Assembly (NCBI GenBank): GCA_001600815.1
Contig: BCKZ01000006.1
Span: forward strand, 1,088,137 to 1,152,136
Length of the DNA: 64,000 nt
Reading direction: 5' to 3'
From: Alloascoidea hylecoeti
Lineage: Eukaryota
Shown: positions 47,561 to 59,306 of the stretch, one piece after another
Position numbering within the stretch: position 1 is the first letter of the stretch
Layout of the letters: each line of letters begins with the position of its first letter
Made by a program: the position numbers and the translations under genes
The notes under the pieces: generated by a model
Databases searched by the model: none
What the model was told of the DNA's origin: nothing
What the model saw: only the letters and a program-made list of their open reading frames with translations

Positions 47561-47823
47561 ATATTTTTCATGTTTTTCGGAACCTACCGTTGCTAAGAAA
47601 CATTATTATTACGTATATAGTTCTACCAACCAGAAGCCGATTCCATCATCTAGCTTTTAATGAAAAAGGGAAAGATAAGGATAAAGTAAAAATTTACATA
47701 CTCTATATTTATCAATAATAACGGAGTGCCTGGTGGAGACGTCAACAAGAAATGTTTGATGTCGTTTTGAGAATACGATGATTCCACTTACTTTCGGTCA
47801 CACTGTTAGGTCTTTCGCCATCT

Positions 47824-47955
47824 TTAGGCCGAATAATTACCGGCATGACCCGTTAAAGCGCAGGGATATGGAACAACTGGGTTCCAGTACGGGCCCAAAG
47901 TTAGTTAACGTGATAGACTATAATTAGTAATCAGCATAGCCGAAATTATGTATTC
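47824..47955 (+). repeat. Diverged direct repeat of ~57287-57420
   Basis: Shared accggcat...ccgtta....gcagggatatggaa, ttagtta.cg and taattag.aat. Confidence 0.65.
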
Positions 47956-48349
47956 ACGTGCTGTGTGTCAGGTGCTGCAAGTTATTAGTCCAATCAGACC
48001 GGGTAACAATTGCGTAATTCTGGTAATTACCCGACACATATAAGCATTGATCTCGCACCTTTCAATCTTCTTCCTTCTTCTTTTTCCTTACTCACTTAAC
48101 AACTTTTATATAAATTTTTCTTCTTAGTTAAAGAAACGAATTCAGCAGATTCTTGATTATTTTTGAATAAGGATTTTTAAGAGATATATTATTTATTGTT
48201 TTAATACTAGCTGTTTTTTATACTCTTTATTGTATTATATATTATCAATAAATTTACATTTGAAAAAAAAAAGAATATTTTTAAGATATAATATTTTTAT
48301 TATCATTATTAAGATTATTATCTATAACTACTGGTAAAGTAAACGAACA

Positions 48350-49990
48350 ATGTCCTCATGTGTTTACTATAGATTCATGTCTCAAAAACAGCCTTCAACG
48401 GTTAAGTTTGATGGCACGGGAATTACTGTTTTCGATATTAAACGAGAGATTATAAATGCTAATAAGTTAACGTCTGGAACTGATTTCGATCTAGTCCTTG
48501 AAAACCCAGATACCAAAGAAAAATATGAAGATGACACTCAAGTTTTACAAAGGTCGACAAGTGTATTGGTGAGAAGAATGCCATTAAAATCTAGAGGTAA
48601 AGGTAAAGGTGTTCAACGATATGTTAATGGAACTGGACCAAAAGTGGTGAGGAAACAAGCTCCTGTTCCATCTTCAACAATGAATAATTCTAATAATGCT
48701 GCTATTCCGGTATCAGGAACAGAAGAGGATAAAATCAAGGCAATGCTTCAAGTACAATCAGATCAATGGAAGGAAACTCAACAACATATGGCGTCTGCCA
48801 CCCCTATATATAATAAATCATCATCCCACGCTGATGGTCCCCCACCTCCAGGTTATGTTTGTTATAGATGTGGTGCGAAAGATCATTGGATTAAAAATTG
48901 TCCTACAAATGATGATCCAAATTGGGAGGGTAAACGAGTGAAGAGAACGACTGGTATTCCTAAGACTTTCTTAAAAACAGTAGCAAATCCTGCTGAAGGA
49001 GACACTGATCAGGGTAATTATATGATTACAGAAGATGGACAGTATGTTGTTGCTGTAGCGGATGATAAATCTTGGAAGAGTCATCAACAGAAATCAAGAG
49101 CAGCTGAGAAAGCTCGTACTTCCGACGCAAACACTGACCCTACACTAGTATGTCCATTAACCCATAAATTATTCATACATCCTGTTAAAACGCCTTGTTG
49201 TGGTAAAACTTATGAAGATGATGCTATCCAGCAGGCTTTAATGGATGATGATTTTAAATGTCCAAATTGTGGGAAAGATGAAGTTTTGTTAGAACAGTTA
49301 ATAAAAGATAGTGATATAGAAGCTAAACTTTTAAAACTTAAAGAAGATCAAACATCTAATTTAGAAAATAAGTCAAGTAAAAGAAAACGGGAAGATGAGG
49401 AAACTCCCGATGTAAAAAAATTAAAAATAGAATCAGAATCAGAATCAGAATCTTTAAGCTCAGTTTCTAACTCAAATAAAAATTCAAGATCAAATTCACC
49501 AATAAAAACAAATACAACAGATATAAGTGAGAATTCTAGTGAATCAGCTGTTAAAGAAAATATAAATGAAAAAGTGGTTACTAATAATATACCTTCGACC
49601 AATAATAATATGAATGGAAATGATTGGCCGTTCCCACCACCAATGATGAACCAAGGAGGGTTACCAATGATGCCAATGTTTCCAATGGGACCAATGCAAC
49701 CACCAATGGGTATGAGCATCCCAATGAATATGAATATGGGTATGGGAATGATGAATATGCCAATGCAACCACCAATGGGTATGAATATGAATATGAATAT
49801 GCCATTTCCAATGATGGATCCAATGATGAATATGAACATGCCAATGAATGGAATGCCGCCACTTATGAACATGAACAATATGAACAATATGAATAATAAT
49901 ATGAATAATAATGGTCCATATCTAAGAAATGCTAATAATAAAAAGAAATATAATCAACGTGTAAGGGCTCCTGATTTCCATGTTTTGTAA
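48350..49990 (+). CDS. MPE1: Cleavage/polyadenylation factor Mpe1 (DWNN, Zn knuckle, RING/U-box)
   Basis: MSSCVYYRF.SQK, FDGTGITVFDIKREII, PPPGYVCYRCGAKDHWIKNCPT, KRTTGIPK and TPCC. Confidence 0.95.
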   Translation: MSSCVYYRFMSQKQPSTVKFDGTGITVFDIKREIINANKLTSGTDFDLVLENPDTKEKYEDDTQVLQRSTSVLVRRMPLKSRGKGKGVQRYVNGTGPKVVRKQAPVPSSTMNNSNNAAIPVSGTEEDKIKAMLQVQSDQWKETQQHMASATPIYNKSSSHADGPPPPGYVCYRCGAKDHWIKNCPTNDDPNWEGKRVKRTTGIPKTFLKTVANPAEGDTDQGNYMITEDGQYVVAVADDKSWKSHQQKSRAAEKARTSDANTDPTLVCPLTHKLFIHPVKTPCCGKTYEDDAIQQALMDDDFKCPNCGKDEVLLEQLIKDSDIEAKLLKLKEDQTSNLENKSSKRKREDEETPDVKKLKIESESESESLSSVSNSNKNSRSNSPIKTNTTDISENSSESAVKENINEKVVTNNIPSTNNNMNGNDWPFPPPMMNQGGLPMMPMFPMGPMQPPMGMSIPMNMNMGMGMMNMPMQPPMGMNMNMNMPFPMMDPMMNMNMPMNGMPPLMNMNNMNNMNNNMNNNGPYLRNANNKKKYNQRVRAPDFHVL

Positions 49991-50170
49991 TAATACTTTT
50001 AGGTAAACTAAATAAACAATTTAAACAATATATTATACATGATAATTTTAACATAAAACCATGTTTCATCTATTTGTAAACTTTACTGTCTAATGTAATT
50101 CAAACTTATACTTTAACTTTATCAAATAATCATTTTCTATACTTATTTTTTGTTTCGAAATTTCGATAGA

Positions 50171-51405
50171 TCACGGCCAGTACGTTCTATTTTCAGTTAT
50201 CCATGGGTGATGTTCAACCTGTTCCAAAGGGAATCTTTTTTGAGGATCATGTTGTAGTAGCCTTCGAATCAAATCTGCAGCATTTTGGTTAACAAATGAA
50301 GGAATTATCAAATCAACTTTAGAAATTCTTCGATATGTTTCATTGTATTCAGTCTCTTCAAAAGGGGGTTTACCAACCAAAAATTCATACATTAAAATTC
50401 CCAGAGCCCATACATCAATTTTTTCATTATGGTCTTTTGCTTCTATCATTTCTGGTGGAAGATAATCTAAAGTCCCACACATTGTTGTTCTTCTTGAAGT
50501 TGATGAATGAACACTCCAACCAAAATCTGAAAGTTTGATATTATTATCGGATCCCAATAGTACATTTTCCGGTTTTATATCACGATGGATGATATGCTTT
50601 TGGTGGAGATAATCAAGCGCCTGTGAAGTTTGATAGATGTACTAAAATAAAATGATGTCAGAACTTATGAGTTCATTATAATGTTTATTTTGGATTTAAT
50701 TATAGATAATGCAATTGATTATTCTATAATTTTTACTAACATAAGAGGCCATAATATTTGAAAATCGACGTTTCTTTTGAAGTAGACCATAGAGTTCTCC
50801 ATGTTCTGCATATTCAATTATCAAGTATACATTTTTATCGTCATGAAAGTGACCAAATAATCTCAAGATATTAGGATGTCTAGAGTAACATTGTCGTTAG
50901 CAAATATATGAAAAAATAAACAATTTTAACAGGAAGCAAATATTAATATAATTAATATCGGATCAAACTTACCTGAGATTTGATTGAATCTCTATTTCAC
51001 TACTGAACTGGTTTTCCACTTTGTAGTTGGTCAGATCTTTCTTACTCATCACCTTCAAAGCACAAATATACCCAGTTTCCCTATCACGAACACAATAAAC
51101 TTTACCAAACCTTCCTTTTCCAAGTTTTCTCCCAATTTCAAAGTCATTTAGTGTATAGTATCTATGTGATCCACCTGTGATTCTTTGTAAATGATTTTGC
51201 GGTTGGAATTTAACATTTTGATCTAGTAAGTTGTTATTGTAACAGTCATTTTTTATTCTTTTAGGTGAACTCTTCCTAATTATCTGATCGTGGAAGTCGT
51301 GATTGTAGGTTGAAGGATCCATAAGCATTGATAATTGATAAAATTCTAGAGTGAAAGAACATTAACAGTTGTTATTGACATACTCCTCTTATAAAATCGT
51401 TCCAT
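50171..51405 (-). CDS. IPL1: Aurora kinase; exons 51405-51384 (tentative), 51345-50973, 50879-50741, 50641-50171
   Basis: [47 protein letters not shown] and [16 protein letters not shown]. Confidence 0.92.
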
Positions 51406-51514
51406 GTTGGAATTTAAATACAAAATATGATATCACAAACAGAACATCATCATCACGTGTTGAGTCAAAATGTCTTCAAATTTATATAATTAAATTTTTC
51501 TGAAGCACAAAAGA

Positions 51515-53312
51515 ATGTCAACCCCCGAAATCAATATTGATGCTGATGATAAACTCGATAAAATAATCATTTGGGCAAAGACCCATGGTGTTTTCATAAA
51601 TGATAAAATTGAATTTATTAGGAGTAAGTATTTTCAGTTAAATAATATCAAATTTTTGATTGTAACTGGTTAACTAATTATCTCTTGTCCTAGCGGAAGA
51701 TAGTGGCATCACACTGGTTGCAAAATCCAACTTCAATGCTGAAAATGAAAAGTTAATATCAATTCCAACGGAGATCATCATATCTCCAGAATTGGTTAGA
51801 GAAGAATTTGGTACAAATTTCATTGCAATGTTTTCAGATGAATTGATAGCTTCTAAACTGTTTTTAATACTACAAAAGATATCAAATGAAAATAGTAAAT
51901 GGTATCCATATATTGATGGTCTGCCAACATCTGACGAATTAAACACTCCGTGTTATTTCGCTAAAAACGAATTGAAATATTTGAAAGGTAGCAATATCTA
52001 CGACGCTATTGCTCAGAGACGAGAATTATGGGAATCTCAGTGGAAGGAGATAGAAACGTTATTACCAAATCTTCCACAGAAATTCACATCGATATCAAAT
52101 TTAGATTCAATATCTTTTGATGATTATTTATGGGCAAGTACCATATACACATCTAGATCATTTCCTGCTTACATAATATATCCTGAAACAGATCGAGATT
52201 TATCAATGCTATTACCAATTGTTGATCTCATTAATCACAAGCCCTTAACTCGTATTACTTGGAATGGAACTACCGAAAACACATTTGATGTAACAGTCGA
52301 TGGGACCTTTACAGAGCGCAGTGAAATATTTAACAACTATGGAGCAAAGGGAAATGAAGAACTTCTAATGGGTTATGGATTTTGTATAAAGGATAATTTT
52401 GCTGATACAGTTGCTCTAAAAGTGGTGCCTATACCACAAGGTGTCAAACCAATTGAAGAAAGTGGATTAATAATTCCCAAAGATTCTGTTTATTATATAA
52501 CAGAAAAAGAACCTTATAATAAAGACTTAATTGAAATCCTCGAGATTAATTCAACTGTTATGAGACCTCATACATTAAACAAGAACACTGAGACAATTAT
52601 TAATAAATTTCAAGCAATCGAAAATTATCATGCAGCATTACAACAAAAACTTGGTAAAATAAGACATGTGAAGAAGCCTAAGGATGGGAAAGAGCAAACA
52701 TTGAGGAAATATTTTATTGGTATATATTTAGAAAGTCAAAAATCCATTCTGAAAGCTGCAATTGTCTATTGTAAGGAAACTTTTGAAAAATATATCCGAA
52801 GTTACTCAGAAAATATTATTTCTTTAGAATCTATTTTTAAAGATAAAAATGATTCAGAATTTGAAAAATACTGTTCGATATGGTTTGATAAAGAGAAAAT
52901 AGGTGAAAATACGGATTTATCACCATCTATAATTCGATTATTGGATTTTGAAGAAGAAACTTTGTTGGTTTATCTCGTATATCTAATGAATAAAGGAGTA
53001 AGTTGGCTTCCTAGAATCAGTGAATTGGAATCAAATCACCTTGAAACTTTATTACGTTTTACATCAGAAGAAGATTTCAAAGCTTTACATAATCTTTTAA
53101 CACAGGAATTGTTTGAGAAAATTCCAGAGGTATTTAATGTTGAGATCTATAGTGTTGAAAATTTAAGAATAGCTGGTGCTTTACTTCGAACAAACAGTAT
53201 ACTATCAGCTTTAGGTGTTCCTATCATTACAGATGGTGAAGAATATGGAATTGAAATAATGACTATTATTATACATGATAAACTTCTAACCAATGATTAT
53301 AAGCTTATTTAA
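51515..53312 (+). CDS. SET-domain protein-lysine methyltransferase (Rkm1/Efm1-like); exons 51515-51623, 51694-53312
   Basis: WYPYIDGLP, YLWASTIYTSRSFP, LLPIVDLINH and FNNYGAKGNEELLMGYGF. The GTAAGT..ACTAAT..TAG intron is in frame. Confidence 0.88.
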
Positions 53313-53667
53313 ATAGTTAATGTAGAAATACCATGATCATATGATATGGTCTACACAAAAAGAATTGGTTTTATATGTTTTAAAATAGAGATTTAAATAA
53401 GAGGTAGAGGTTTTCTATTCTATGAGTGATTTCGTCACTTTTAAATAGTTTCTAGTTAGAATTTAATTGGAAATTATATGTAAAACTAGAAAAAATGTAT
53501 GTTTTACTTAACAGAAACATTGGAAAAAATATTTTTGTAAAATGAATTCATTTTTTTAAATAATAGCTATATATAGTCGTTACGTACAATTGTTATAAAT
53601 CAAGAAACTTCAGCCGCTAAGATGATACCATTGAATTGGGGTTTTTTTATTATAAATAATTATCAAA

Positions 53668-54591
53668 TTATAACTTCGATTTTGATTCTCTAGTAACAGT
53701 ACAATCAATCAAACCATTAGGATTAGCTAATGGAAGTAAGACTTCTGTATCCTTTCCAGTGTTCTTCAAACCTTTGTGCCATGCCATATCAATAGCAACA
53801 TAGTGCTTATTAGGTAATGTGTATGAAACATCAGAGACATATGGTGCTTCGTCGATGATTCTAGTAGACATGTTATACATAGTTGCTTGAACAGATGGAG
53901 AGTTTTCTAAAGCAAATAATTCAAGAGTAATGTTTCTGGCGGTGTCAAAAGTAGTATCAAAAACACCAGCATCTGCAGCTTTGTAAATATCTTCAATGGT
54001 AGAGATCTTCTTAACGTCCCATTTCCATGATGCAGTAACATCGGTAGATAAGATTCTATCTGTGGTTGGTTGTAAAGAAGTGTATTCACATTGATGGAAA
54101 TCGTAAAACATAGAACCAGTTGATTTCAAAACAGTTAAGTCTTTCAAACCACTCTTGAATTCAAAAATCTTTTGGGATGGATTATAATGGAAGTGAACTC
54201 TTCTTGTTTCTTCACCATCTTTTAGGAAGGAATGTGGGTGTGGTTGTCCTTTAACGTTATATCTTGTCCATCTATGTTGAACTACATCAACGAAGGCGCC
54301 CTTAATGTGTGGATACTTGGTAACGAAGTGATTTGCTAAGGTGGCAGCAAATCTTTCAATTGGCCATGTATCAGTTTGTTTGGCAAGAATAAAAGTAGTA
54401 TTCTTAACGGTGTCAGTTGGAACAATTGGAGAATTATCAGCTTTGGTGTATGAGACATCTACCTCACCTTCTAATAGACACGTGACTGTTAATTCCATAA
54501 CATCTTGCTTATTTGGGTCCTGTGGGTCTTTTTTAACTTTGAGAAGACGAACGTTGTCTTTTCCGTATCTTGAAGATGATAAATATGACAT
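53668..54591 (-). CDS. UOX: Urate oxidase (uricase), peroxisomal
   Basis: YGKDNVR, PTDTVKNT, LTVLKSTGS, DRILST, SPSVQATMY and LPNKHY; C-terminal SKL PTS1. Confidence 0.96.
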   Translation of the reverse strand: MSYLSSSRYGKDNVRLLKVKKDPQDPNKQDVMELTVTCLLEGEVDVSYTKADNSPIVPTDTVKNTTFILAKQTDTWPIERFAATLANHFVTKYPHIKGAFVDVVQHRWTRYNVKGQPHPHSFLKDGEETRRVHFHYNPSQKIFEFKSGLKDLTVLKSTGSMFYDFHQCEYTSLQPTTDRILSTDVTASWKWDVKKISTIEDIYKAADAGVFDTTFDTARNITLELFALENSPSVQATMYNMSTRIIDEAPYVSDVSYTLPNKHYVAIDMAWHKGLKNTGKDTEVLLPLANPNGLIDCTVTRESKSKL

Positions 54592-54702
54592 TGTTAGGTA
54601 TAAATTTTCAATAACCAGTTAAATTCAATGAAGAATGGAAATAAAAAGAAGATTTCAAGTGGATTTTATACTAAGTTTATAGAGAAAATAAGAAGACTAG
54701 GA

Positions 54703-54778
54703 CGGAGTTTGCCGAGTCAGAATTACCGCATTGGGACACATTGTGGAAGATAACGCAAAAAAGCGTTGTGAGCTTATC
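54703..54778. promoter_or_regulatory. UaY/Ppr1-type CGG-N6-CCG site plus GATA sites upstream of uricase
   Basis: CGGagtttgCCGA at 54703-54715, GATAA at 54749, CTTATC at 54773; TATAAAA on the minus strand at 54664-54670. Confidence 0.65.
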
Positions 54779-57700
54779 AAAAGCCGATTTTCGATGATTT
54801 CCGAGCAACCACATCACCCCACTTTAGACTATATCACTCATTATTTAATATATATATTCATTTGGATAATTCATTTGGATAAAACAAAAAGGTTAACAGT
54901 TATTTATTGTGGGATTGTGTTCTCCAAGCCAAGTGTTCATAATTATAAGCACGGAGTTATTACAAATGCACTTGCATAACCTGTTGAATTCTAGATAGTA
55001 GATACCATGAACTCATTTAAACACTAAAAATTCTTTATCACCACTCTTGTTAATTTGTTTATCGTTTTTTAACTATTTACTAAGATTTTCAATCTATTTA
55101 TATTCTTTCAGTCTAAGCTTTGTCAATGAAGACTTTTTTCGTATTTTTCAGATTTGTGTTTCACTTTAAATTCTTATTGTAAATCTTAAACTTTAAACAA
55201 CCACTACCTGTTTCTATAATGTCGACAATTCGTCGTATCTCATGTAAAGCCAAGCATAGACTTATATTCCGGTTGTAAATGATGAATTAAATCATCCTCT
55301 AGTCTTCAATGTTATATATCGACCTGGAAATATTGATGCATCTGCAGCTGCAATCGGATAGGATAGCTTGCCTCCCACTTATGAAAAGTCTAAAATTGCA
55401 AGATTATTTTCCCTGATAGCGACTGGAAATTTTTATGTGGAGTAAATACAAATTTTATAATTATAGTTAATTATATGGATCTAAGAATAGCGGACGATTC
55501 CGGAGAATAAATTAGGCTTGATTTAGGATTCTTTATTCTTCTCAGTTTCTGTAAATTGAAATGTTTCTTAGAGTGATAAGCTGATATTGATTTAGCTACA
55601 TCGATGACGTATAGCGCTAGAACTTTAATTTAATCAGTGATAAATTGATAATGAGCAATATGGTTGCAAATTAAGGTGGTGAACAATAACATTAAGCTAG
55701 CATACATGCTTGTATATGCATTACTTTCTTACAATTTTATCTTAATTTTAAAGACTTTGAATCATAATATATAAAGAGAAGGCTGATTTAGTTAAACTAA
55801 CTAACTTAATATAATTTATGCTAGATTTTCGGAGGAACTCACCATAACCAGCTCAAAACGCACATTGGCCCTAAATTCGAGCAAGAAGACCAATTACAAT
55901 CGCAATTGCAACATCTAAATTTAAACTTCTCTATAAGGGATATATGGGACAAGAAAAAAGAAAAGCTTAAGAATANTGTTTCTACTTATATATCACATAA
56001 CTAGTAGCATATTATTTAAGTGCAAAGATGTAGTTATAAATTTATGTTATATCTCTCCATGTTTTCGCTAGTTCAGCCAATAAAAACCAGCTTCCAATAA
56101 CGTAGGACTAAATCTTAGAAATATAAATTACTTGGTTCTCTTGCTTTACACCAATTTTATCCTTATATATTACTACAAGTATGTAGAGTTTTCACTTAGA
56201 ATTTTGAATTACTTATATTATAAATCATATTACATTCCATTTTTGATTATACTCTCTTTTTTGTATAGCTACCAGATATAAAGATATAAGGTTAAAAGAG
56301 GCAATCATCCTAGTTAGGTCGGGGTGAGAATTTCTTTATCCTATTTTTTATAGCTAACTACGTATCATCATGGGTTATAGATTTCAAGATTATCATTTGA
56401 TATAGTATTATTTAAACATAGAAGAATTCTTAAACTAATGATTTCAAGAGCTGATTCTCACGTCTTGGCTTCAGCCCCTCAAGCGGTCAAGGATCTCAAA
56501 GAAGCTAATGATGAAGGACCCAAGAACTCGTCGGAAATCCCCTTTAAATTTAAATTCGAAAGTTTGAAAAGCTGGCCACATGAATCTACAGCAGGTCAAG
56601 ACAAAACTAGCGCTTTAATTTCGGGCCACTCCTTCTCATAAAAATGGTAAGATTATAACCAGTTACTGAGTACTCAACATGGCCTTAAGACGGTTTTAAA
56701 ATAGTTTATACTGTTCCATACTTCTTCTAGATACTCTACTATCTAGCCATTTTATATAATTATAAGCTTATATTATGTTTAGTATTTAAATTTACTGTTA
56801 GCGCTCTTATATTAACATAATGATCATAGCTATAAACGAATGCCGTTAGAACTCTATGATCCATGGAGTATTAGGAACCCCAATCAATATATTATACTGT
56901 GGTGAACTCTCCAGACTCCCTTTTGTTATAATTTTTTGGTTCAAAGGCTCTTCCCTGACTTTTGTGGAGCAAAAAATGCACTTTCCCGTACCCGGATCCT
57001 GTAGCGACGGAACATGCATATACTGTAACACCGTCTCAACTTCATAAAGCTACCTTAGCTTATGTTTAAATTATATTTTTCTTATATTTTTTTGTTCCTT
57101 TGAATCTTCGCATTTAGTGAATGACTTTTATATGCCGAAAATATTACATATTCTTGGTTGTTCAGAAGAGTTCTTAGGGTGGTTCGTCGGAGTGGTACCC
57201 GTAAAAAGTTCTACGGTAGCCGTACCTACTCAGCTTAATTTCGACCATCCTCATCATGAATTATCGGCCATTCCCATGGCAAAGGTTTAGCCGCACACAT
57301 CACCGGCATAAGCCGTTATTATGCAGGGATATGGAATTCGGGCGGCAAACTCGGCCGAACTTTAGTTACGGAAAAGACGGATAATTAGCAATATGTATGG
57401 CCCATATTTAGTAAATGACGGCATAAAAATATGACATCAACTCTACACATAACTTTCTATTATAATCCATCTTTTAAGACAAATGTAAGCTTATAGGTGT
57501 ATAATACTGTAAGGACCTACGACAACCAAAGACTGCAGCCTTTGTTTCCTGAAGACTCGATTTCCAGTCAGACCGTAGTATTACTCTTAAACCCAAGGCT
57601 AACTTTATGTTGTACTCTCCGGATGCACTAATCTAATCTTAAGAATGCTTAAAATTTTGTTTTGAATAAACTTTCTGAGGAAACCCCAAAGAATGAATAG

Positions 57701-58419
57701 CAATAATCTTTTACCACCCATTCCGGATATGGATCTTGAGAAAATAAGGCCTAGGCCTATACCTGGTACAACAACGACTGATATTTTCGTTACTACATAG
57801 CTAATTTTTTTACTTGATTGACTCTCTCCTAAAAAATTGTGGAAATCTGTGTGGAAATCTCTGATTCCCGTATGTCTTGATCAAAATTTAAAGATATTCA
57901 TTTTTGTGCTCGCCAGATGATTAATTATAAATTAAAATAAACCCCCAGTTATAGCGCGCTTTTCTTAAAGTTCTTATAATAAGGAAAATATTCCATTAAT
58001 GGCCGCAGTTAATTTATATGTAAATTAAAATGTTTACTGACTATCCTATCTAGATCTGCTTGTGAAACTCAATTTAAGATCGTCAGAATATATAGATCTA
58101 AATGTAGCTTAATCACTGCTAATATTTCAGTGTCAAAAATTAATATTACACAAACCAAAGCAATTTTAAATATAAATTAGAGAAATTCAATCTGAAATTG
58201 ACTTATATGATTATATGGGCCAAAGTTTATAGTTGCTAAATGCTATAAATATGTATATGAAGATCATAATTATAACTATGAGAATATTTATATTAATCAT
58301 ATTTAATACCTTCAGGGTTCATGTGTATAGTTTATAATTGTCTTCTATGTTGCCATAATATTGGCCTCTTTATAGCCATATATTAGAAATAGATTTAATT
58401 AAAAAAAGATAAAAATATA

Positions 58420-58712
58420 TGTTAATCTGAGATAAGGGTATATACAAAAGCTTATAATAAATAATGGTAGTAATAGTTGTTAGTTATTACAATTATGTTT
58501 TCATTTACCAATTATCGTATTATTAATTGAAATAAGGAACCATAAGTCTTATACATATTACTTGCGTCATCTTAATTGAGTTTGTACTGTAGTCTTAATC
58601 AATGGGTATATAATTATAGTCGTATAGCACACGAACCTGACATTGAGTTATTGCTTATGTTGTATGGTGCGCGTCACTGAAAATGAACGACTTTTAGGAA
58701 AATCAAAGAAAT
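58420..58712 (+). repeat. Direct repeat copy 1 (>=290 bp; copy 2 at 63691-64000)
   Basis: The 3' half (tattacttgcgtcatcttaattgag...ggaaaatcaaagaaat) is nearly identical; the 5' half is more diverged. Both copies start TGTT. Confidence 0.9.
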
Positions 58713-59306
58713 TAAAACACACCTCGCGCAAAATGTGATCACAACAGTAAAATTTCATATATATTTTAAGCACGCAAAAAAGGTAGATAAGTGGAAAATA
58801 TAAATCCTGTGTATTAAATTGATTTTTGTACTTCTTTTTCAAGGTGTTTCCCTTCTGTAAACCTCTAGATTTTGCGCCGATACCGATAATTTAGAAATAG
58901 GGTGACGTTGGTCTAATTAGATCAATAGCAATAAATCTTACCTTATAATCTTACCTTATACAGATGAGTACAGCTATATTCATGCTCATATCGTATAAAA
59001 ACTGCATATGGCAAGAAGAATTGAATTATGACAAGCTTACATATCATGATGATCTATCTATTTTACAATTTGCTATATGAGAAACAAATGTATTCGGTTC
59101 ATAAAGAGCTATAGTTAATCGTTACAGGAATTACGTGCTAAGAATCAATTCCTTCATAACTTTTAAATTTAAATCTGCGTGGCTATGTTGGTTATGACCC
59201 AAGACATCCTACAGCTTTACAGTAATGACTTTTTGTTAATATAATATCATGTTAAAATTCTAATAAATATATGCTAATTTTTTTTATAACTTACATAGTA
59301 CTAAAC

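Noticed and set aside
49348..49896. Repetitive antisense and alternate-frame ORFs (IFIFIG.., YEYEY..)
   Set aside because: Shadows of the Met/Asn/Pro low-complexity tail of MPE1.
55219..55444. Possible decayed small gene containing LPPTYE (PPxY)
   Set aside because: Broken by a frameshift and a stop, with no recognisable family.
56438..57047. Short ORFs of 61-67 aa
   Set aside because: No homology cues; sizes expected by chance.
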